Source: Myxococcales bacterium (lineage in GTDB: Bacteria > Myxococcota > Myxococcia > Myxococcales > UBA5297). From it: a stretch of DNA of 64,000 bases. The notes beneath the pieces are model-generated. The model saw only the letters and a list, made by a program, of their open reading frames with translations, did no database searches and was not told the DNA's origin. Shown piece after piece: positions 11,401 to 18,871 of the stretch (its first letter is position 1; every line of letters starts with the position of its first letter). The position numbers and the translations under genes were made by a program. The stretch lies in contig JBBIQS010000039.1 of the NCBI GenBank assembly GCA_037442205.1, positions 6,102 through 70,101 on the forward strand, written 5' to 3'.

Positions 11401-11999
11401 TCACCGGCCACGAGGCGGTGGCCGACCGCACCGCCTTCTCGCCCGACGGCTCGCTGCTGGCCACCGCCGGCTACGACAAGACCGTGCGGCTGTGGGAGGT
11501 CAAGACCGGCAAGATGCTCAAGGTGCTCAGCGGCCACCAGGACTGGGTCTCGGGGGCGGTCTTCTCCGCCGACGGCAAGCGGCTGGCCTCCTCGGGCAAG
11601 GACGGGGTGGCCATCGTCTGGGACGTGGAGAGCGGCCAGCAGACGCTGCGGCTGCTGGGCCACACGCAGTGGGTCAACGACGTGCGCTTCTCGCCCGACG
11701 GCAAGCTGCTGGCCACCGGCAGCGACGACACCACCGTCCGCGTCTGGTCGGCCCAGACCGGCAAGACGCTGATGGTCATCAACTGCCGCAGCCAGGCGGT
11801 GGCGCTGGAGTTCACCCCCGACGGCAAGTCGCTGGCGGTGGGCGACGACAACGAGATCAAGATCTACCCGCTGGACTTCTCGGCCCTCGAGTCCGAGCCC
11901 CAGGGCCTCCTGGAAACCGCTCAGCGCCAGGCTGGCTACCGGCTCGAGGGCTTCGAGCTCAAGGCCATCGCGCCCGAGGCCGCCGCTCCCTCTCCCTAG
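8460..11999 (+). CDS. Transmembrane Ser/Thr protein kinase with about 14 C-terminal WD40 repeats
   Basis: The 1179-aa ORF has Hanks kinase motifs (GRGGQAKV...ALKV, HRDLKPENIM, DWG, GTPSYMSPE). A single TM helix (AAVVAAGLLLAVIVAALISVSVAL) follows, then about 14 repeats of the ...GH...V..VAFSPDG..LA(S/T)...D..V(R/K)(L/I)WD... type. Confidence 0.9.
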   Translation: MASRTAMASEPNPSERLLFALLAVELDCSSPVDVAESLAECPAEGGYAPLAEALARRGLTAERRRDIEQSLSRIAANQMATLAEPIAAQRKDERQRSAQAAAEARQAVREDELNLPGERAGRYLVKGVHGRGGQAKVLLAFDEEMDREVALKVMRNPGTSSSMPPYSSMRSTPGALRFLREAKVTASLEHPNIVPVHELGRREDGSLYYTMRLVRGRTLAKSLEECKTLAERLKRIGSFWDVCNAVAFAHSKGVIHRDLKPENIMVGEFGETVLLDWGVAKVHGERDIGASDLKREIDRLHQDSDRTQAGTAVGTPSYMSPEQAMGLVDEIDGRSDVWGLGAVLYEILTGRPPFKGQTPVQTLDAVVNKPHLPVRTAVPEAPRELTAIAEKCLQKEKADRYQSAHELATEIEAFMTGGRVHAYHYSSLELVRRFYAQNRAAVVAAGLLLAVIVAALISVSVALKSETQARAREYQERLTANFHLAQAFAEKADRMSEDQRFLSTALFASASLLHNPAHPLSPFFDPGFAAQVPASEQSRVGAASQTYRAGFGTYATLSRSLSTGDVADQVAFSRDGTLLVAASGQRVVRFRLPGGEPLPPLSGGHQEYIYGVAISPDASLIASCDRAGQVVVWDAAAAKPRFQLKAHEGAAHNVAFTPDGTRLVSSGYDGTLKVIDLADGKIAASLATPAQHLNSLALSADGKLAAVSADDHLARIIDLATGKPLPQVFAHDSIALAASFSPDGTLLATGSEDRRVRIWEAATGKLLHTLEGHRDGVPGLDWSPDGKLLGTVGWDKSTRLWDVAEGLPLITLGSHDDLSYGIAFAPDGRSFATTGYDKVVKLWQLRQAPGLTTLRGHSGVIYGLAFSRDGSRLASGSWDKKVIVWDLKSHKPLATLSGHTEAIDGGVALDAEARRAVSGGRDGTVRIWDVASGKPLHVLQSSKSIVYGISMSPDGRLAASSGQDARVHLWDVESGAELRTLTGHEAVADRTAFSPDGSLLATAGYDKTVRLWEVKTGKMLKVLSGHQDWVSGAVFSADGKRLASSGKDGVAIVWDVESGQQTLRLLGHTQWVNDVRFSPDGKLLATGSDDTTVRVWSAQTGKTLMVINCRSQAVALEFTPDGKSLAVGDDNEIKIYPLDFSALESEPQGLLETAQRQAGYRLEGFELKAIAPEAAAPSP

Positions 12000-12265
12000 A
12001 GCGCACGCCGCTCGCGGGCCCTCGGGACGGTCGGTCCTCCACCCCAGCGCTTCCCAGCGCCAATCCAACTCGCTCCCGGCTCGCCTGCGCTCGGGATGGC
12101 GCGCCTCGCATCTCCGGGACCGGGCAGGCGGTGGCCGCGACCTGAACGAAAGGACCGGCAAATAGATTGGCAGTTCCGGGGACCGGCACCTCCTGCTACG
12201 CGGTATTGCGCTGGGCGGGAGCCGCACCTGAGCGGAGCCACGCCTCCAGCCCCGGGGGTGCGCCC

Positions 12266-14206
12266 ATGTCACGATTGACGATGACCTCGTGCATTCTGGC
12301 AATGCTGACCTGCGCCTGCGGTCCCCAGGAGGTGGGAGGAGCGGGTGCGGACAGCGGTGGCTCCGAAGTGCTCGACGCGGGCAACGAAGCCACCGCAGCC
12401 GTCGACTCCTGCTTCGACGGCAAGGACAACGACGGCGACGGGAAGATCGACTGCGCCGACCCCGACTGCGATGGCGCGCCCTGCCGGGCCTCGACCGAGC
12501 CCTGCGACCTCCCCGAGAAATGCACCGCCGGCGTGTGCCCGGCCGATTCCTTCGCTCCCGCTGGGCAGGTGTGCCGGCCGGCGGTGAGCGAGTGCGACGT
12601 CGAGGAGAAGTGCACCGGAGCCGAGGCCAAGTGCCCCCCCGACGCGTTCGAGCCGTCGTCCAAGCCCTGCCGGGCCTCCGCCGGCGGCTGCGACCTCGCC
12701 GAGATGTGCCCCGGGAACTCGGCCACCTGCCCGGGCGACGGCTACGCCCCGGCCAACACCGTCTGCCGAATCGCCGCCGGCGCCTGCGACGTCGAGGAGA
12801 AGTGCGACGGCCTCGGGCCGGCCTGCCCCGATGACGTCGTGGTCGCGGCGGGGACGGTCTGCCGGCCGAGCGCCGGGATCTGCGACATCGCCGAGTCCTG
12901 CGACGGCACCTCGCCGGACTGCCCGCCCGACGGCTTCGAGCCGGCCTCCAAGGTGTGCCGGCCGGCCGCCGGCGTCTGCGACGCGGCGGAGAAATGCACC
13001 GGCAGCGGCGCCGCCTGCCCGGCCAATGGCTTCGTCGCGAACAACAGCGTGGTCTGCCGCCACGCCACCGACCTGTGCGATGCCCCTGAGTACTGCTTCA
13101 ATGGGAGGTGCGAGCTGGACGCGGCCCTCCCCGCCGGCACCGTCTGCCGCAAGGCCGCGGGCGCCTGCGATCAGGTCGCCGAGACCTGCACCGGCAGCAG
13201 AATCATCCAGGTTGCCAAGCGGTGCCCGCCCGACGTCAACGGCTGCACCACCGGCCAGTACTGCAACGGCACCGCCTGCGTCGCGACGAAGGCCAAGGGC
13301 GCCGCCTGCACCTCGGCGGACGAGTGCTCCACCGGCTTCTGCGCCGACGGCGTGTGCTGCGACGGCCTGTGCACCGGCAGCTGCGAGGCCTGCAACAAGG
13401 CGGGAGCGGTCGGGACCTGCACCGCCCACGCCGCGGGGACGGACCCCGAGAACGAGTGCGGCGCCTACAGCTGCGACGGCGCCCGCGCCTGCGCCACCGG
13501 CTGCGCCCCCGCCTGCGCCGCCGGCTGCAAGACGGGCAACTTCTGCACCGGCACCGAGTGCACCACCAAGAAGGCCAACGGCACCGGCTGCGCTTCCTCC
13601 TGCGAGTGCACCTCCGGCAACTGCGTGGACGGGGTGTGCTGCAACACCTCGTGCTCGGGGGCCTGCGTGGCCTGCAATCTCGCGGGCAAGGCGGGCACCT
13701 GCTCCAACCGGCCGGCGGGAACCGATCCGGAGAACGGCTGCGGAGGCTTCACCTGCGGCTCGGCCGGAGCCTGCGCCACCACCTGCACGGGATGCGGGTC
13801 GAACTGCAAGACCGGCCTGTACTGCTCGGGCTCGACGTGCACCAGCAAGAAGCCCAACGGCCTGCCCTGCGCCGCCAACTGCGAGTGCGGCTCGGGCTTC
13901 TGCGTCGACGGTGTCTGCTGCGGCACTTCCTGTGACGGGCCCTGCCGCCAGTGCCTGGCGGGCTCGGGTCTGTGCATCAACGTGTTCCCGGGGGCCGATC
14001 CCAAGGGCGGCTGCGGCTGCTACAACTGCAACGGCAACGGCGGCTGCTACACCGGCTGCACGGTTCCCTGCGGCGCCCTCGAGGTGAAGACCAACTATTG
14101 GTGCCCCGCCGGCCAGTGCGCCCCGGACCTGCCGGGAGCGGCTCCCTGCTTCACCGGCTGCATGTGCTCGAGCAGCACCTGCTGGATTTCGGCCTGCAAG
14201 CCCTAG
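12266..14206 (+). CDS. Cysteine-rich repeat lipoprotein (disintegrin-like CR-CD-E-C-CP-D repeats plus Cys-rich about 75-aa modules)
   Basis: I trimmed the start to the ATG at 12266, which gives the lipobox MSRLTMTSCILAMLTCAC. A CFDGKDNDGDGKIDCADPDC metal-binding-like motif follows, then 8 copies of C-R-x5-C-D-x2-E-x-C-x-G-x4-C-P-x-D. After those come 3 copies plus a partial fourth of the G.(Y/F)C.G..C..KK..G..C....EC.SG.C.DGVCC...C.G.C.AC module. Confidence 0.85.
   Translation: MSRLTMTSCILAMLTCACGPQEVGGAGADSGGSEVLDAGNEATAAVDSCFDGKDNDGDGKIDCADPDCDGAPCRASTEPCDLPEKCTAGVCPADSFAPAGQVCRPAVSECDVEEKCTGAEAKCPPDAFEPSSKPCRASAGGCDLAEMCPGNSATCPGDGYAPANTVCRIAAGACDVEEKCDGLGPACPDDVVVAAGTVCRPSAGICDIAESCDGTSPDCPPDGFEPASKVCRPAAGVCDAAEKCTGSGAACPANGFVANNSVVCRHATDLCDAPEYCFNGRCELDAALPAGTVCRKAAGACDQVAETCTGSRIIQVAKRCPPDVNGCTTGQYCNGTACVATKAKGAACTSADECSTGFCADGVCCDGLCTGSCEACNKAGAVGTCTAHAAGTDPENECGAYSCDGARACATGCAPACAAGCKTGNFCTGTECTTKKANGTGCASSCECTSGNCVDGVCCNTSCSGACVACNLAGKAGTCSNRPAGTDPENGCGGFTCGSAGACATTCTGCGSNCKTGLYCSGSTCTSKKPNGLPCAANCECGSGFCVDGVCCGTSCDGPCRQCLAGSGLCINVFPGADPKGGCGCYNCNGNGGCYTGCTVPCGALEVKTNYWCPAGQCAPDLPGAAPCFTGCMCSSSTCWISACKP
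12481..13234 (+). repeat. Eight tandem in-frame repeats of about 26-30 codons (disintegrin-like Cys motif)
   Basis: The copies are VCRPAVSECDVEEKCTGAEAKCPPD, PCRASAGGCDLAEMCPGNSATCPGD, VCRIAAGACDVEEKCDGLGPACPDD, VCRPSAGICDIAESCDGTSPDCPPD, VCRPAAGVCDAAEKCTGSGAACPAN and three more. Confidence 0.85.
13244..14062 (+). repeat. Three tandem Cys-rich modules of about 75 codons each
   Basis: The TGQYCNGTAC...DGVCCDGLC...CEACN...GTDPENECG, KTGNFCTGTEC...DGVCCNTSC...CVACN...GTDPENGCG and KTGLYCSGSTC...DGVCCGTSC... modules are collinear. Confidence 0.8.
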
Positions 14207-14233
14207 CGGTTCCGGGGGTGGACCAGCGCCCGG

Positions 14234-14283
14234 GGCGCCGCGCCTGATCGGCCGCCGATGCGAGGCGGCAGAGGCGCGGCGCC
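14234..14283 (+). terminator. GC-rich stem-loop after the Cys-rich lipoprotein gene (possible terminator)
   Basis: GGCGCCGCGCC (14234-14244) pairs with GGCGCGGCGCC (14273-14283). An inner GCCGCC/GGCGGC stem lies in between. The trailing sequence CTGTGTTCC is only weakly T-rich. Confidence 0.3.
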
Positions 14284-14445
14284 CTGTGTTCCGACGAGCA
14301 GGCCGGCTCCAGATCGCCCGGGGAGAGGTGGTGTATTGTCCCGCCGTGGGGCAACCCCGGCCGGCTTGGCCGACCGGGGCAGGCGTCGCGGGCTCGGCAT
14401 TTCTCCGCCAGGGGCCGCGGCAGGCCAGGTCCCGGGGGAGATCAG

Positions 14446-15783
14446 GTGTCCGGCACGCCTTCGGCGATTCCTGGCAGGTACTCGGTCGACGCTGCCGTCA
14501 AGCCGCTGCTCGAAGCGTCGATGTCGCGCGGCGAGCAGATCGCTTCGGTCCTGCGCATCGGGCTGTGCTCTCTGTCGGGTGCGCGCTCGGCCCTTCTCTG
14601 GTCGCAGGCCGGCTGGCCGGTGAACGAGCAGCGCGCGGCGGCGGTGACCTTTCCGGCCCTCGCCCTGGGCATCGCCTTTTCAGCCTATGCGCTGGTCACC
14701 CTGCGCCGCCCTCGCTCCCCCTTGCGGCTGGTCCACGCCTCGGTGACCGTCGATGCGGTGGTGGCCTTCGCCGGCCTGCTGACCAACGTGCTCTGGCCCT
14801 GGCCGGGATACCTGGGAATCATCAACATGCCCGACATCGGGCTGCTGGTCCTGCTGGCCCTGGGAGCCGGCCTCAGGCAGGCGCCCAGCGCCTCGGTGCT
14901 GGGGGGCGTTCTCTTCGGCTCGGCGTTCCTGGCCCTGGCGCTGCTCGACCAGCGCAACCCGATCCCTCGGTCGACCTCGGACATGCACCACTACGCCTTC
15001 CACGCGATCTTCCTGGTGATCTCGGCGACCATGGCGTTCGTCTACGCGCTGCGCACCCGGACCATGGCCGAGCGCGCCGCGCGCGCCGCGGTGCAGCTGG
15101 CCTTCGCCGGCAAGAGCCTCGCCTCGCTGCTGCACGAGCACCACGACCTGCGCGCCTGGCTGGCCTCGGCCAGGCTCAACGCCGATCTCGTCCAGCGGGC
15201 CATGGAGGAGGCCGGCTCCCGGTCGGCGCCGGCCGTCGAGGCGGTGGAGCGATTGCGGGACGATCTCGCGAAGGTCCACGCCGTGGTCGACGACATCAAG
15301 GCGCGCGCCTTCGGCGAGTCGATGGGGCTGGAGAAGGTGTCGCCGGTCGCGGTGCAGCCGGTGGTGGAGGAGGTGATGGCGGGGCTGAGGCCGCGCTTCC
15401 CCGGGTCGGCGCTGCAGGCCCAGGTGGCGGACGACCTGATGGTCGGCGTCGCCGGCGGAGCCGCGAGCCTGCAGCGGGTGCTGTTCGGGCTGCTGGTCAA
15501 CGCCTGCGAGGGCGACGGCGAGCGCCGGGCCGGGCAGATCGGGGTGCGCGCCTGCCGGCAGGCGGCGAACCGCGTCCGGATCGAGGTCCGCGACGACGGC
15601 CCGGGGTTCCCGGCCCAGATGCTGGACGAGTCGCTGGTGCGCGGCAGAACGTCCAAGAAGGAGGGCTCCGGCCTCGGGCTGTCGCTCGCGGCGCGGCTGG
15701 TGGAGGCGAGCGGCGGGCAGCTGAGCTGGGCAAACGGCTCGGAGGGCGGCGCCCGGGTGGTCGTCGATCTTCCCGCGGCTTGA
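14446..15783 (+). CDS. Membrane sensor histidine kinase (multi-TM N-terminus; RegB/ActS-like architecture)
   Basis: The longest ORF starts at GTG 14446, and ATG 14521 (MSRGEQIASV) is an alternative start. It has about 6 hydrophobic helices, an H-box-like LLHEHHDLRAWL, and a HATPase_c domain (VRDDGPGFP...GSGLGLSLA). Confidence 0.8.
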   Translation: MSGTPSAIPGRYSVDAAVKPLLEASMSRGEQIASVLRIGLCSLSGARSALLWSQAGWPVNEQRAAAVTFPALALGIAFSAYALVTLRRPRSPLRLVHASVTVDAVVAFAGLLTNVLWPWPGYLGIINMPDIGLLVLLALGAGLRQAPSASVLGGVLFGSAFLALALLDQRNPIPRSTSDMHHYAFHAIFLVISATMAFVYALRTRTMAERAARAAVQLAFAGKSLASLLHEHHDLRAWLASARLNADLVQRAMEEAGSRSAPAVEAVERLRDDLAKVHAVVDDIKARAFGESMGLEKVSPVAVQPVVEEVMAGLRPRFPGSALQAQVADDLMVGVAGGAASLQRVLFGLLVNACEGDGERRAGQIGVRACRQAANRVRIEVRDDGPGFPAQMLDESLVRGRTSKKEGSGLGLSLAARLVEASGGQLSWANGSEGGARVVVDLPAA

Positions 15784-15828
15784 CGGCGGCCGAAAGCCGC
15801 GGCGCGGTCTCGTGCGATACTGCGAGCC

Positions 15829-16383
15829 ATGGTGCGAACGGTCGAGCGCGCGCTGGTGGTCGAGGACAACCGCGCCCTCTCGCGCACCTTCGCCGAGCTG
15901 CTTCGCAGCCATTTTCCGCAGGTGCGCGCCGCGGCCTCGGTCGGGGAGGCGCGGGCGGCCTGCGAAGGCTGGCAGCCCGACCTGATTGTGCTCGACGTGG
16001 CGCTCCCCGACGGGACCGGAATCGACGTGCTCCGACACCTCGAGCGCCGCCCTGCGCCGGCGGTGGTGGCGGTGTCCGCGGAAGCCGAGCCGGCGCAGGC
16101 CTTCGAGCTCGCGCGGATGGGAGTGCGGGTCTATCTCCCCAAGCCGGTCTCCCTGCCGAGCTTCGAGGCGGCGCTCAAGGAGGCGCTGGAAACCGCGCCC
16201 GACATGACGGCTTCGATTCGCCAGGCGGTGGGGCATCGGCCGCTGCACGAGGTCGAAGGCCAGGTGCGCGAGACGATGGTCGAAGAGGCGCTGGCCCGGT
16301 CCGGTCACAGCTGCCGCGGCGCCGCGCGCCTGCTCGACGTATCGCGCCAGCTGCTCCAGCACATCCTGCACCGCTTCCGCTAG
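15829..16383 (+). CDS. Response regulator: receiver plus Fis-type HTH, with no AAA+ domain (RegA/ActR/PrrA-like)
   Basis: The 184-aa ORF has a receiver domain (ALVVEDN...DLIVLDVALPDGTG...KP) and a C-terminal HTH_8-like segment (GHSCRGAARLLDVSRQLLQHILHRF). Confidence 0.85.
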   Translation: MVRTVERALVVEDNRALSRTFAELLRSHFPQVRAAASVGEARAACEGWQPDLIVLDVALPDGTGIDVLRHLERRPAPAVVAVSAEAEPAQAFELARMGVRVYLPKPVSLPSFEAALKEALETAPDMTASIRQAVGHRPLHEVEGQVRETMVEEALARSGHSCRGAARLLDVSRQLLQHILHRFR

Positions 16384-16395
16384 GCCTGCGGCTCC

Positions 16396-17577
16396 TCAGA
16401 AGAGCTGGTTGAGCTCGACGTAGAACCCGGTGCTTCCCTCGGAGCGCCCCAGGTCGATTCGCAGGACGAAGTCCTCGACGAAGGCCAGCCGCAGGCCGCC
16501 GCCCCAGGCCAGGTGGAAGCGCCAGAGCGGGCCGTCCTCGGCGAGCTGGGCCCAGACCCTCCCCGCATCGGAGAAGGCGACCAGCCACAGGTCGGCGGCG
16601 CGGTCGAAGGGGCGCAGCCGCAGCACCCGCGACCGCAGCTCGGCGTTGGCCAGCAGCTTCGCCTTGCCCAGGTAGCGGTAGCGCGGCAGGCCCCGCACCG
16701 AAGCCTGCCCTCCCAATCCCTCGAAGAGGTTGGGCCCGCCGGCCATGTTCGAGAGCATCGGCAGGGGCACCGCGCCCTCGTCGAGATCGGCGGTCAGGCG
16801 CCCCGCCAGGACGAGGGCGGGCCCCAGGCCGAAGGGCGAATGATAGCCGGCCAGGATGGCGTAGCCGCCGGCGAACGCCGAGCTGGCGCCCAGGACGGCG
16901 TGCGCCGCGCGAAAGCCCGCCTTGGCGAACAGCCCGCCGGTGGGCGAAGCCTCGACGTCCCGGCCGTCGAACAGCAGGGCCAGCTCGAGCTGGCCGACGC
17001 CGCCGCCGTCCCATCCCGTCGGCCGCTGGAGCGCCAGCAGGCTCTCGCCCCCGGCCTTCATCAGCAGGCGCTGGTAGCCATATCCCGCCTCGAGATGCCA
17101 GCGCCCGCCAAGCCCGTAGCGGACGGCGAAGCTCGCCCGGGGGCTCGTCAGCTCGTAGGCGTAGTACCCGTCTCGCCACGCCGGATCGCCCTCCGGCAGC
17201 ACCGCCAGGCCGTTGCCGAAGCCGTAGAACGGGCGGAAGAGGTCGCGGAAGAACCCGAGCTCGAGGGACAGGCGGAACGGCGTCCCCGCCACTCGCGGCG
17301 CGTCGAGCTGCAGGTAGTGGTTCTGCACGCCGCCGGTGGTGAAGAAGGCCTGGGCGCGGAGCGCCAGCCGGTACCGGGCGCTGGCCGGGTGGCGCCAAAA
17401 CAGGGCCAGGTCCGCTCCCAGCCCGAGCCCGGTGTCGCTGTCGTAGCTGAGGATCGGCAGGCCCGCCAAATCGAGGCGCTCGACGGCCTCGCCCCCGGCG
17501 GCGGGTTCGGCACTGGCCGCGCCGGCAAGGGCGGCGACCAGGACCGCCCACTTCGCGCTGGAGCCCCGCGCCTTCAC
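16396..17577 (-). CDS. Outer-membrane beta-barrel protein (Omp85 / surface-antigen-like barrel)
   Basis: I trimmed the start to GTG 17577, which gives the signal peptide VKARGSSAKWAVLVAALAGAASA. The protein shows an alternating beta-strand pattern and ends ...GFYVELNQLF, with the terminal aromatic residue typical of OMPs. Confidence 0.7.
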   Translation of the reverse strand: MKARGSSAKWAVLVAALAGAASAEPAAGGEAVERLDLAGLPILSYDSDTGLGLGADLALFWRHPASARYRLALRAQAFFTTGGVQNHYLQLDAPRVAGTPFRLSLELGFFRDLFRPFYGFGNGLAVLPEGDPAWRDGYYAYELTSPRASFAVRYGLGGRWHLEAGYGYQRLLMKAGGESLLALQRPTGWDGGGVGQLELALLFDGRDVEASPTGGLFAKAGFRAAHAVLGASSAFAGGYAILAGYHSPFGLGPALVLAGRLTADLDEGAVPLPMLSNMAGGPNLFEGLGGQASVRGLPRYRYLGKAKLLANAELRSRVLRLRPFDRAADLWLVAFSDAGRVWAQLAEDGPLWRFHLAWGGGLRLAFVEDFVLRIDLGRSEGSTGFYVELNQLF

Positions 17578-17865
17578 CCGATGTCCCCCTTGGCGCCGCC
17601 CCGGGGCGGCCTGCTCCTCGCTGGCGATCGAGCTGGTCGCCGAGATTCCTCGCGGCGCCGCCCCACCCGTATGGGAGGTGCGAGGATACACCGATCGAGC
17701 GTGCGCCGATCCGTCCGCTTGCCTTCGGGGGGATATCCGGGCCTCGACCGCGCATGGCCCTGGCGCCCGCCCTCCGGATGGGTTATGCCTGCGCGCCGTT
17801 TGCCGCCCGGTTACCCAAGCTGGCCCTTGGCCTCAGGCCCGCGCCAGAAGCGGCGGAATTTTCGC

Positions 17866-17893
17866 TTGACCGAAGCAAGGTTCTTTGTAAGTT
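17866..17893 (+). promoter_or_regulatory. Candidate sigma-70-type promoter for rpsU
   Basis: TTGACC (17866-17871), a 16-nt spacer, then TAAGTT (17888-17893). It lies in a locally AT-richer patch about 150 nt upstream of rpsU. Confidence 0.3.
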
Positions 17894-18040
17894 AAGGCGT
17901 TTACCGTACTTACAGGCCCTGGTGCGCCCGCCGGAAAGACCCTTGGCGGGCGATCGTTTGCCCGGGCCCCATGATTTTGGACACGAGTTTGTTCCGGTGG
18001 CGCCCCCTGGGCGCCCCTGCCGGCGAAGGGAGGTGACCCA

Positions 18041-18238
18041 ATGCCCGGTGTACGCGTCAAGGAAGGCGAATCCTTCGAAAACGCGATGAAGCGCTTCAAG
18101 AAGCAGTGCGAGAAGGCGGGAATCCTCTCGGAGATCCGCAAGCGCGAGCACTACGAGAAGCCCTCCGTCAAGCGGAAGAAGAAGGCCCTCGCGGCCAAGA
18201 AGCGCGCTCTCAAGAAGATGCGCAAGTCGTACGTCTAA
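18041..18238 (+). CDS. rpsU: 30S ribosomal protein S21
   Basis: The sequence [48 protein letters not shown]... is a textbook S21. The RBS is GGGAGGTGA. Confidence 0.97.
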   Translation: MPGVRVKEGESFENAMKRFKKQCEKAGILSEIRKREHYEKPSVKRKKKALAAKKRALKKMRKSYV

Positions 18239-18396
18239 CTGCCTCTCTGCCGGCGCCTCCTGTCGACGGGCGGCGCCGGCGGCGAGCCGGCATCAAGCAG
18301 CCCACGGCCCGGGAGCCCGCTTGCGAGCTCTCGGGCCATGTCCGTTTCCCGCTCTCCACCTCTCGAGAGCCGGAGCCGGGGAATCGAAGAAGGCGC

Positions 18397-18846
18397 ATGA
18401 GCCTGAGACAGCGCATCGACGACGACCTGAAGCGGGCGATGAAGGCCCGGGACCAGACCGCCCTCTCCTCGGTGCGGATGCTCAAGGCGGCGGTGACCAA
18501 CCGCGACATCGAGCTCGGCAAGGAAGCCGACGAGCTCGAGGTGCTCAAGCTGGTCGAGAAGCAGATCAAGCAGCGCAAGGAGGCCGCCGACCTCTTCCGC
18601 CAGGGCGGCCGGCCCGAGCTGGCCGAGACTGAGGAGAAGGAGGCCGCTTTCCTCTCAAACTATCTGCCCCAGCGGCTGACCGAGCAGGAGCTTCTAGCGC
18701 TGGTCGATCAGGCCGTCGCCGAGGCGGGCGCCACCTCGATCAAGCAGATGGGCCAGGTCATGAAGCTCGCCCAGGCCAAGGCCCAGGGGCGCGCCGACGG
18801 CAAGGCCATCAGCGAAGCGGTCAAGAAGAAGCTCTCCACCCCGTAA
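18397..18846 (+). CDS. GatB/YqeY domain protein
   Basis: I trimmed the start to ATG 18397. The protein reads MSLRQRIDDDLKRAMKARDQTALSSVRMLKAAV...LSNYLPQ...IKQMGQVMK... It follows rpsU, the usual YqeY position. Confidence 0.9.
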   Translation: MSLRQRIDDDLKRAMKARDQTALSSVRMLKAAVTNRDIELGKEADELEVLKLVEKQIKQRKEAADLFRQGGRPELAETEEKEAAFLSNYLPQRLTEQELLALVDQAVAEAGATSIKQMGQVMKLAQAKAQGRADGKAISEAVKKKLSTP

Positions 18847-18871
18847 GGCAGCGCCCCGACCTCGGCCACCG

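Noticed and set aside
8579-12145. 1188-aa plus-strand ORF; also 8466-10535 and 10554-12302 on the minus strand
   Set aside because: These are frame-shifted or antisense shadows of the kinase-WD40 gene. The translations are runs of R/G/P/A (…RRGRPAGGARGRAQPPRRAGRPLP…) with no motifs.
14286-16412. 708-aa plus-strand ORF spanning the HK and RR genes; also 14680-16371 on the minus strand
   Set aside because: It is off-frame relative to two genes with clear HATPase and receiver motifs. Its composition is Arg/Gly/Ala-dominated.
16175-17755. 526-aa minus-strand ORF
   Set aside because: It is an alternative frame of the outer-membrane protein gene. It lacks a signal peptide or beta-barrel pattern and is extremely Arg/Pro/Gly-rich.
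18249-18280. GC-rich hairpin (GCCGGCGCC...GGCGCCGGC) after rpsU as a terminator
   Set aside because: The 9-bp stem is real, but the loop is 14 nt and no T-tract follows. It could be an attenuating structure, but the sequence alone does not support it as a terminator.
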